Shown piece by piece: positions 53,898-64,000 of a stretch of 64,000 nt of DNA. The DNA comes from Eledone cirrhosa (lineage: Eukaryota). Location of the stretch: contig OZ024740.1 in NCBI GenBank assembly GCA_964016885.1, positions 48,484,001 to 48,548,000 on the forward strand, in the 5' to 3' direction. The number at the start of each line of letters is the position of its first letter. Position 1 is the first letter of the stretch. The position numbers were made by a program, and so were the translations under genes. A model generated the notes under the pieces. The model had not been told where the DNA came from. It worked only from the letters and a program-made list of their open reading frames with translations, and searched no databases.

Positions 53898-55787
53898 AAA
53901 TTGGAATAAATGCTCTGAAATAGCGATATATATGTGAATATAGACATAGAATATTCGAAAATATTCTGTATGTTTATAATAAACATTTTGAAGACCTAAT
54001 CGCTATAGAATAGAATACGTCACGTATTACAATTAGATTCTCGATAAAAGCAAGGGAAGTAATCTACGCGTTTCATTCTCGTTAGAAATCATCAGGACTA
54101 CATATCCAGTGCTTTTATCGAGAATGACACAGCTAGAGACTTATAGAATACTTAGCTGTGTACAGGAACTGGTTTGAAAGAGCGGTTGCCGGTCCGGCAG
54201 AAATTAGAAATTGGAATAAATGCTCTGAAATAGCGATATATATGTGAATATAGACATAGAATATTCGAAAATATTCTGTATGTTTATAATAAACATTTTG
54301 AAGACCTAATCGCTATAGAATAGAATACGTCACGTATTACAATTAGATTCTCGATAAAAGCAAGGGAAGTAATCTACGCGTTTCATTCTCGTTAGAAATC
54401 ATCAGGACTACATATCCAGTGCTTTTATCGAGAATGACACAGCTAGAGACTTATAGAATACTTAGCTGTGTACAGGAACTGGTTTGAAAGAGCGGTTGCC
54501 GGTCCGGCAGAAATTAGAAATTGGAATAAATGCTCTGAAATAGCGATATATATGTGAATATAGACATAGAATATTCGAAAATATTCTGTATGTTTATAAT
54601 AAACATTTTGAAGACCTAATCGCTATAGAATAGTACACAGCTAAGTATTCTATAAGTCTCTAGCTGTGTCATTCTCGATAAAAGCACTGGATATGTAGTC
54701 CTGATGATTTCTAACGAGAATGAAACGCGTAGATTACTTCCCTTGCTTTTATCGAGAATCTAATTGTAATACGTGACGTATTCTATTCTATAGCGATTAG
54801 GTCTTCAAAATGTTTATTATAAACATACAGAATATTTTCGAATATTCTATGTCTATATTCACATATATATCGCTATTTCAGAGCATTTATTCCAATTTCT
54901 AATTTCTGCCGGACCGGCAACCGCTCTTTCAAACCAGTTCCTGTACACAGCTAAGTATTCTATAAGTCTCTAGCTGTGTCATTCTCGATAAAAGCACTGG
55001 ATATGTAGTCCTGATGATTTCTAACGAGAATGAAACGCGTAGATTACTTCCCTTGCTTTTATCGAGAATCTAATTGTAATACGTGACGTATTCTATTCTA
55101 TAGCGATTAGGTCTTCAAAATGTTTATTATAAACATACAGAATATTTTCGAATATTCTATGTCTATATTCACATATATATCGCTATTTCAGAGCATTTAT
55201 TCCAATTTCTAATTTCTGCCGGACCGGCAACCGCTCTTTCAAACCAGTTCCTGTACACAGCTAAGTATTCTATAAGTCTCTAGCTGTGTCATTCTCGATA
55301 AAAGCACTGGATATGTAGTCCTGATGATTTCTAACGAGAATGAAACGCGTAGATTACTTCCCTTGCTTTTATCGAGAATCTAATTGTAATACGTGACGTA
55401 TTCTATTCTATAGCGATTAGGTCTTCAAAATGTTTATTATAAACATACAGAATATTTTCGAATATTCTATGTCTATATTCACATATATATCGCTATTTCA
55501 GAGCATTTATTCCAATTTCTAATTTCTGCCGGACCGGCAACCGCTCTTTCAAACCAGTTCCTGTACACAGCTAAGTATTCTATAAGTCTCTAGCTGTGTC
55601 ATTCTCGATAAAAGCACTGGATATGTAGTCCTGATGATTTCTAACGAGAATGAAACGCGTAGATTACTTCCCTTGCTTTTATCGAGAATCTAATTGTAAT
55701 ACGTGACGTATTCTATTCTATAGCGATTAGGTCTTCAAAATGTTTATTATAAACATACAGAATATTTTCGAATATTCTATGTCTATA

Positions 55788-55791
<4 letters not shown>
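53898..55791. mobile_element. Retrozyme-like array of 310-bp hammerhead-containing units; ~2.4 units minus (53898-54633) and ~3.7 units plus (54633-55791)
   Basis: Exact 310-bp period (ttggaataaa at 53901, 54211, 54521; gtacacagc at 54633, 54943, 55253, 55563). Six hammerhead cores; (TA)n on both sides. Confidence 0.9.
54671..54759 (+). ncRNA. Type-I minimal hammerhead ribozyme (copies at +310, +620, +930; minus-strand cores at 54089-54095 and 54399-54405)
   Basis: attctcgataaaagca..gtagtc-CTGATGA-tttctaacgagaat-GAAA-cgcg-TA^gattac..tgcttttatcgagaat; predicted cut after 54731. Confidence 0.85.
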
Positions 55792-55822
<31 letters not shown>

Positions 55823-55986
55823 ACATGCACAAATGTGGTTGGCGTTAGGAAGGGCATCCAGGCGTAGAAAACCAGCTAGAAATATCCCTATATGAGCGAG
55901 ACACGGTCACTCGACTCAACTTGCCTCAAAATAGGACCCGTCTAACACGTGCTAGCGTGGAAGATAGACGTTAATCGATGACGATG

Positions 55987-56057
<71 letters not shown>

Positions 56058-57173
56058 GAGAGAGAGAGTTATAGTATTATTTAGTTTCCGTTAGTGTAAT
56101 CAATTATTTTTATTATGTAACAAGAAACTGAAGCCGCTTACAGTAGTGTTTTATTCAATGGTCGAATTATTTCATTTGGTAAATCCTGTGGTAGCTCCAA
56201 GTGTAACAATTTACGGACTATATATAGAAATTTACAAAATTATTATTAAAACACCACATTCCAGAAGAGTGGGAATATCATTTATTGCAATAAATGATAT
56301 TCCCATTCTTCTAAGAATAAATTGTTTTAAAATAGCAATCATGAATGATTCCAATGATTTCTCATAGGGACTTTAAATACTTCAGCCCTAATCAACTGCT
56401 GATCTGATATAAAGCTGAAATAAGACCCCAACGTTGGAGTACTGTTCATCTATTCAGATGTTGCTGTTGTTATACACACACAAACATACCAGACTGCATC
56501 CTAAAGAAAACCATTCACAAACTTCGCACATCAAAGTCTACAGATATGTTGTGCCTTCATCTCTGTCACTTTTATAACTTCTACAGCTGTCTGTTATTCT
56601 GAACTAGTTATTGGGACCCACTGGTCTCTCCTTTTCTCTAATATCTTTCCCACTTAAACCCTGCATACATACTTTTACAATCATTCTTCTCCAAGATCTC
56701 TGGAATCTCTTTCTGCAGACAGGTTCTCAAAAGTTCAAACTGAACATCAACTGTTTGAACTTCATCTGTCTGGAAGGACCTGCAATGGCATGGGCACAGC
56801 TTTCATCTCTTGATTATCTAATAATTGTTTCTACTTTTGGCACAGTGCATTACTGGTACTTTATTTTATCGACCCCGTAAGGATGAAAGGCAAAGTCAAC
56901 CTCGGCGGGATTTGAACTCAGATCGTAAAGGGACGTAACTATGCTGGAAAGCATGGCGTCCGACCCTCTACCGATACTGCCAATCCACCGTTGAAATAAT
57001 TGTTTCTATTTTAGGCACAAGGCCGCAATTATCCAGTACATTACTGGTACTTTATTTTATCGACCGTTGAAATAATAATGAGAAAGAACATGTATATATA
57101 TATATATAGAGAGAGAGAGATAGAAATAACTTCTACATGACTAGAACTGTTGTATTCGTATGAAATCATCAGG

Positions 57174-57235
<62 letters not shown>

Positions 57236-57399
57236 ACATGCACAAATGTGGTTGGCGTTAGGAAGGGCATCCAGGCGTAGAAAACCAGCTAGAAATATCC
57301 CTATATGAGCGAGACACGGTCACTCGACTCAACTTGCCTCAAAATAGGACCCGTCTAACACGTGCTAGCGTGGAAGATAGACGTTAATCGATGACGATG

Positions 57400-57514
<115 letters not shown>

Positions 57515-58274
57515 GAGAGAGAGTTATAGTATTATTTAGTTTCCGTTAGTGTAATCAATTATTTTTATTATGTAACAAGAAACTGAAGCCGCTTACAGTA
57601 GTGTTTTATTCAATGGTCGAATTATTTCATTTGGTAAATCCTGTGGTAGCTCCAAGTGTAACAATTTACGGACTATATATAGAAATTTACAAAATTATTA
57701 TTAAAACACCACATTCCAGAAGAGTGGGAATATCATTTATTGCAATAAATGATATTCCCATTCTTCTAAGAATAAATTGTTTTAAAATAGCAATCATGAA
57801 TGATTCCAATGATTTCTCATAGGGACTTTAAATACTTCAGCCCTAATCAACTGCTGATCTGATATAAAGCTGAAATAAGACCCCAACGTTGGAGTACTGT
57901 TCATCTATTCAGATGTTGCTGTTGTTATACACACACAAACATACCAGACTGCATCCTAAAGAAAACCATTCACAAACTTCGCACATCAAAGTCTACAGAT
58001 ATGTTGTGCCTTCATCTCTGTCACTTTTATAACTTCTACAGCTGTCTGTTATTCTGAACTAGTTATTGGGACCCACTGGTCTCTCCTTTTCTCTAATATC
58101 TTTCCCACTTAAACCCTGCATACATACTTTTACAATCATTCTTCTCCAAGATCTCTGGAATCTCTTTCTGCAGACAGGTTCTCAAAAGTTCAAACTGAAC
58201 ATCAACTGTTTGAACTTCATCTGTCTGGAAGGACCTGCAATGGCATGGGCACAGCTTTCATCTCTTGATTATCT

Positions 58275-58640
58275 AATAATTGTTTCTACTTTTGGCACAG
58301 TGCATTACTGGTACTTTATTTTATCGACCCCGTAAGGATGAAAGGCAAAGCTAACTTCAGCAAGATTTAAACTCAGAATGCAAAGGGCCATAACTCTCTG
58401 CTACAAAGCATGGTGTCATTCTATCTGATACTGCCAATCCACCACCATTAACTAATAATTGTTTCTACTTTTGTCACAAGGCCAGCAACTACCCAGTACA
58501 TTACTGGTACTTAATTTTATCGACCCCGTAAGGATGAAAGGCAAAGTTAAACTCGACGGGATTTGAGCTCAGACCGTAAAGGGACGTAACTATACTAGAA
58601 ATCATGGCGTCCAACTCTCTACCGATACTGACAATTTAAT
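58275..58640 (-). mobile_element. Two tandem SINE family A copies
   Basis: Core and box B motifs. Confidence 0.8.
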
Positions 58641-59104
58641 AATGTTGAAAAAATACATTCACTTCTACATGATAATATAATAATAAAATGTTAATTGAAA
58701 CACATTAACATCTATAGTCCAAAACTGGCAAACTGAGAGAGTTGTTGGAACATCAGCTAGATTGTTTTTCGATATTTATTTCTGTTCTTTGAGTTCAAAT
58801 CGTTCAAATCGTTGCCTTTCACCCTTTCAAGGTCAATAAGAAAAGTACCAGTCCAGCACTGGAGTTGATTTTTCCTCTATATCTGTCTGTTTCTCATTAC
58901 CTCTTTCTTTCCTTTTCTGGAAGAAATTGGCTGTTCAAATTTGGGGAGATGAGCCCTGCCAGACTTAAAGTGCGCACATGACTTCATCAAAAGTTATGGG
59001 TCCATAGATATACAACGTCATATGCAGTCCGTTGGGTCTCCAGTCACCTGTGTTGTTAAAACATTGCATGTGTTCAAGACCTTTATATAAATACACCTAT
59101 TTAA

Positions 59105-59269
59105 TAAAATAATGATAATAATGAAATTATAGTGTACAGTGCTCAGGTGCACTACAGCTCATCAAAGGTGCAATTATGGAATTTACACCTGCAATGCTGC
59201 GACGTCACCTTAAGAATAAACGCAACCATGCCTCTCCTGGTTTTGATGGTGTTACGTACCTGCTTCTTA
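59105..59269. mobile_element. Short CR1 insertion with inversion
   Basis: 59105-59172 matches the CR1 3' end at 8340-8405 (minus). 59176-59269 matches CR1 ORF2 at 43638-43730 (plus). Confidence 0.75.
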
Positions 59270-59272
59270 TGT

Positions 59273-59490
59273 TAACCCTTTAGCATTTAAACCGGCCATA
59301 ATTCTCTAACATCTTTCTGTTCAAACTGATTGTAACTGGCCACTCATACTGATGTTAAGGTATGGTTCTCAAAATAAATAACATCAAAATCTCGTAGATT
59401 CGATTTTATGGGAGATAATTATGTAAGGTAAAGCCTTTACCACAAAAATTCTATAGTATGTATAGAGTAATATAAATGCTGAAGGGTTAA
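59273..59490. mobile_element. piggyBac-type TTAA MITE
   Basis: ttaaccctttagcattta..taaatgctgaagggttaa. Confidence 0.8.
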
Positions 59491-59589
59491 TGTTTTATAG
59501 GAAGCACAACCTCAAATTCCCCGAAGGTAGAGAAAACTCAGGAAAAGCATGCTAGTGGAAAGGGGTAAAGTTTTCTCACTTACATTAGA

Positions 59590-59724
59590 CTAGCAGAATG
59601 GCCCGGCGTTGCTCTAGGGTTCTTATATATTTGATATATATTTATCCTTATCGAGCCTCGTGAAATAAATACATTTGTTTATATTTTGTTATTGTGTACG
59701 CAACAATATCTGTACACGAATATA

Positions 59725-59818
<94 letters not shown>

Positions 59819-60342
59819 TAACAGATTAAAGTTTAAGCAAAGAATCGCTGCTTTCATCCTTAACGGGATCTTCTGAAACTAAAAAAAAATCAATCTGTGA
59901 ACGCAGAAGTAAATATTTCGAAAAACGTTACATACTATCTCTATCTATCTATACATATATATATAAAACTGTAGTTGTCTGTGTGTCCTCATTTTTGAAA
60001 AGTCTATACAAATCCACATTTCTACTCCGATTGACTTCAAACTTGCATTTATATATTCCTTGCGGTCTAAAGATATTAACTGCAGCTTTTATTTTTCAAT
60101 TTTCTGTTGTTAATGGGGTGTTAGGCACCGGTTATCGATCTCCGTCGAGCCCTTATAATTGTGTCTACTTTTGGCACAAGGTCAGCAATTATTCCAGTGT
60201 ATTACTAGTACTTTTGAAATTTGTTTGCTCAAAACACTCACAAGACCATAAGTATTACATGTGTAAAGTTTGAAAAAGTCGGTTGGGTGGTTCTCGAGTT
60301 TTAGGGAGTCAAGACAGGCATTCTCTGTTTTAGATATATAGA
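59590..60342. mobile_element. Helitron terminal fragments (3' CTAG end at 59590 minus; 5' ends at ~59948 plus and 60342 minus)
   Basis: gcaacgccgggccattctgCTAG on minus; TCTATA..TATAAAA 5' motifs. Confidence 0.55.
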
Positions 60343-60764
60343 TGATACAGTTTCATGCAGAACGGGACATTTAGAGTTTTTCATTAAAAAAAAATGTTTG
60401 TCTTGACCACATATATTTAAAATAGTGCAGCCACTGTATATATATATATATATATATATATATTCGGGGAGATAAAATAATGATTTGCACTGCAGAAAAA
60501 CTTAACACTGACTGGGTGTTAACCCAATATCATTGATTTTTTTTCATGTGAGTCATGAACTCAGCTAACATATTTTTGTTGTTGTTTGGTACACCCAATC
60601 TCACCTTCTAAATGATTTGACAAAGTATACAATTTAAGCCCACTGTTACAGGATTTAGAAATACTTCCTTTCAATGCAAACTTCCAAATCCTGTCACCAC
60701 TAAATACCACCACCTTTTTACAAAATACCAATACATGTGTTGAAATTCAAGTAAACATTTATTA

Positions 60765-60976
60765 TCGTTGTTGCTGTTGTTGTTGTCGCCGTCGTAGTTG
60801 TTGTTGTTGCTGTTATTGTCGTTGTTGTTGCTGTTGTTGTTGCAGTCGTTGTTGTTGTCGCCGTCATCGTTGTTGTGGTTGTTGTTGTCATTGTCTTTGT
60901 TGTTGTTGTTGCTGTTGTTGTTGTAGTTGTTATCGTCGTCGTTGCTGTTGTTGTTGTTGCTGCTGCTGTTGTTGTT
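60765..60976. repeat. Degenerate (GTT)n trinucleotide tract
   Basis: Direct reading of the sequence. Confidence 0.9.
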
Positions 60977-61007
60977 AATAAATAACCTTAAAAGAAAAAG
61001 AAAAAAT

Positions 61008-61192
61008 AATTATTTCTACTTTTGGCACAAGGGCAGCAATTATCTCAGTGTATTACTGGTACTTTATTTTATCGACTCCCGTAAGGATGAAAGGCAAAGT
61101 TAACCTCGGCGGGATTTGAACTTAGAATGGCAAGGGCCGTAACTCTATGCGTCAAAGCATGGCATCTGACCCTCTACCGATACTGCCAATTC
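61008..61192 (-). mobile_element. SINE family A
   Basis: Core and box motifs. Confidence 0.85.
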
Positions 61193-61581
61193 ATGTTTTT
61201 TCAATAAATTTTGAGAAATGAGAATTCTGAATATTTAATTGACAGAAAGATAAGATATAGTCAAATGATATGTTGCTAACACAACACTCCTTCATAACTA
61301 CCCTAATGTTTAGTTAATTTTCCTATTTACAGTTTAACTGTCTGTAACAGCTATCATTACTATGGGGGAATTCCGTTTACATTTATATTCCTTGAAATAG
61401 TATATCAGTTATTTCTCGTGTCCTTCCTCAATCATCTTCCTTCTTTGGCTTTCTTGTTTCCCACATACTTTTCCCATTCCCTTATGACAACATTTTTACA
61501 TTATATTTGTTTTGTTTTGTTTTGTTTGTTCGTTCATTTCTCAGCACTTCCTTTGTCATGAAAAATATTTTGATAGATTCC

Positions 61582-61629
<48 letters not shown>

Positions 61630-61630
<1 letters not shown>

Positions 61631-61958
61631 CTCTCGAGTCCCAAATAATAAGGGGTTTGACATTTGCTTAAATTCTTATAAGCGGGGGTGGGGGAATAAA
61701 CGGGGGTGTGGGAAATCGGGAATTGTATAGTGTACGTTCGTAAATATGGAATTTCTTGTAATGTTCTTTTTTGTCATATATAATGTTTTTTTATGTGAAA
61801 TAAAATTATTATTAGATTCTCCAGCTGCTGTAAAAATATGAATCACTTAGAATAAAATTTCGCCGGAGATAGATGAGCAAAATTTAATAAGCCGAAGAGT
61901 GAGGAATCTGAAAAATTAATAAGCAGGAGTGGGACGATTATTCAAGACCTGAGAGTAT
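61630..61958. mobile_element. Tc1/mariner-type MITE
   Basis: TA-ctctcgagtcccaaataat ... attattcaagacctgagag-TA imperfect TIRs. Confidence 0.6.
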
Positions 61959-62059
61959 ATAATCATCATCATACGGTTTAACGTTATATCTTGCTCAAAC
62001 AGAACTGTATTTTGGGGTGTTACTTTTTTTTACCGCTGGATAGCTGTAAAAGAAAAACA

Positions 62060-62750
62060 ACAGCTAAAATACAGTTCTGTTTGAGCCAGGTACCATGTGT
62101 ACAGTGTGGAACTGAGTAGCACCGTTACGAGACAGGTCTGACCAGTTGGACATCCTGCTTATAGCGGAACCGTATTTTGGGAGCTGGGTGGTCCCATTAT
62201 GAGGAAGGTCAGGGTAGTTGGCTGCACTGTATCTTGCTCACTGCAGGACAATGTTTTAGCTGGAATTTTTAACGGTTGCTGGATGCCCTTCCTAACACCA
62301 CCACGTTTATTGTATGAGGCTGGGTGGTCCCTCTTTATGAGGCAGGTCTGGCCAGTTGGCCGCACAGTACTTTGCTTATAACGGGACCTTGCTCATTACG
62401 GCTGCTGGATACACCTCCTAACACCAACCACGTTTACAGTGTGGAAATGTGTGGCACCGTTATAAGACAAGTCTGATCAGTTGCCCGTGACATACCCTGT
62501 TTATAGCGGAACGAGAATTGGGCGGTCCTCTTATGAGGTAAGTCACTCCAGTTAGCTGCACCGTAACTTGTTCATAATGGGACCGTGTTTAGGCCGGGTT
62601 TTTACAGCTGCTGGATATCCTTCCTAACATCAACCACGTTTACAGTGTGGAACTGGATGATACTGTTATGGGGTAAGTCTGGCCAGTTGGTCATACCGTA
62701 CCTTGTTCATATTAGGACCATGATTTTTGTTGCGTACCCTTCCTAAGCAA
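62060..62750 (-). repeat. Diverged tandem multimer of an RTE/SINE-tail motif
   Basis: ggatgcccttcctaacaccaaccacgtttacagtgtggaact-like units at ~62090, 62280, 62407, 62612. Confidence 0.6.
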
Positions 62751-63312
62751 CACACCCCGCTCATTGTTTGGGCTGGGCTTGGTTTATATACATATACAAA
62801 ATATATATAACATATATACATGTATATAACACATGTAGTACATAATATTCTGATTTTACTGTGGATTTACCCATGCGAAATATTACATAAACTCACAGCC
62901 TTAAATTTTGTACTTCTAACGTTTATATTTTCCTTCTCTTTGCATGTTCATTGCTCTTTCTCTTCCACTGTATTTACCTGCCTCTCACATGACCACACTC
63001 CTTTCCACGCACTCATAATCTTCTCCCTCCTTCTCCACTTTCTATCCCTCTCTCTGCTCACCCCTTACTTCGTCCTCGCGCATAGCCCACCTATGTCTTC
63101 GTTCAAAACATTGGTGGTCCGATGTTTCGATCGAACTACCACCAGTGATTGCCGATTGATAAAGTTGCTTCCACTTTAACCTAGTCCACTCGAGGTGGCG
63201 GTGGCATGTGTCGAACGACCAAGAGACCTGCTTGGTGGAACGACTATGTGACAACCGGTCAGCCTTCGACCTCTCATTCTCCACCAACTTCGGCACGCAC
63301 GAGAGGAGCTAA

Positions 63313-63906
63313 CTTGTCCTCACCTCCCCCCTCCCCCCTTCACCGCAGATTCCGAGTGAATTCAACCCGGCCAACCCCACCACCCCTACAACTGTTATCC
63401 CACCACCCAACCTCCGCTCTAGTCCCACCGTTAGAACCACTGCTGCCTCCTTTATTGACTCACTCACTCCACCGAATTCCAACGCTGGCCCTCTACTGCC
63501 GGCTGTTGCCAGCCCACCACCTGATTGCGCTCTCTGTGCCCGCACTAGCCGGTACTTAAAGACAATTAAATGTCACCTATGCCACGCAAGCTACCACAGA
63601 AGCTGTGTCGGCATCACCAAAGCTCAAGCCGAAAGGCTTCAATACTGGACCTGTAATCGGTGCCACTTCAACTCCGACGTATTCCGTGGGAATGCCCCAC
63701 GCTTCGATGACCAACTCTCTACCGAGGACTTTACCACAGCCCTCCAGGGTTTCTCCAAATCTAAGCTCGTTAACCGGATCCCTAAGGGAGCTCGGAATAG
63801 CTTTGCACGTGCTCTCTCTAATTTATTGAAAAACCTTTGCTCGTCCAACAATAGGTCTGACTGGCAGAAATCGTTTTTGTTTTCCCCTTCACGTGCACAA
63901 TGCTAA
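63313..63906 (+). mobile_element. N-terminal region of a CRE-clade LINE with a PHD finger (frame lacks ATG)
   Basis: PDCALC..IKCHLCHASYHRSCVG..YWTCNRC then NRIPKGARNSFARALSNLL..DWQK. Confidence 0.7.
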
Positions 63907-64000
63907 TTCGGGTTCCCTCACGTCCTCTCTCAAGCGGCAGTTCCATCTGTTTGAGTCCACCCAACCACGTCTCATCTCAGTTCGACATCGAGCTCGGTGT

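Noticed and set aside
53898-55791. CRISPR array or plain satellite interpretation
   Set aside because: There are no unique spacers or cas genes and the context is eukaryotic. The ribozyme cores and the empty site favour a retro-mobilised unit.
60765-60976. Poly-Gln/Thr/Asn coding exon on the minus strand
   Set aside because: No splice context or flanking coding sequence; treated as a simple repeat.

Overview
AT-rich, (TA)n/(CA)n microsatellite-rich animal genomic DNA, most likely a coleoid cephalopod such as Octopus (inferred from repeat style, not proven). The window is mostly transposable-element debris: Tx1/L1, RTE, CR1 and CRE-clade LINEs, a Gypsy integrase with a chain of LTR modules, Helitrons, TTAA and TA MITEs, and two tRNA-derived SINE families. 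One spliced host gene, missed by the ORF track, was rebuilt on the minus strand (CDS exons 7462-7359, 6375-6227, 4611-4418). It encodes a 148-aa single-pass membrane protein with tyrosine motifs. The main finding is a very young array of 310-bp units at 53898-55791, each carrying a minimal type-I hammerhead ribozyme (retrozyme-like). The array is arranged head-to-head, inserted in a (TA)n tract, and its empty site is preserved in an adjacent SINE-mediated tandem duplication. At least five other hammerhead-core repeat families also lie at (TA)n tracts. A non-autonomous Helitron retains an intact spliced STPR-like mini-ORF. All calls were made by eye; no database searches were run.
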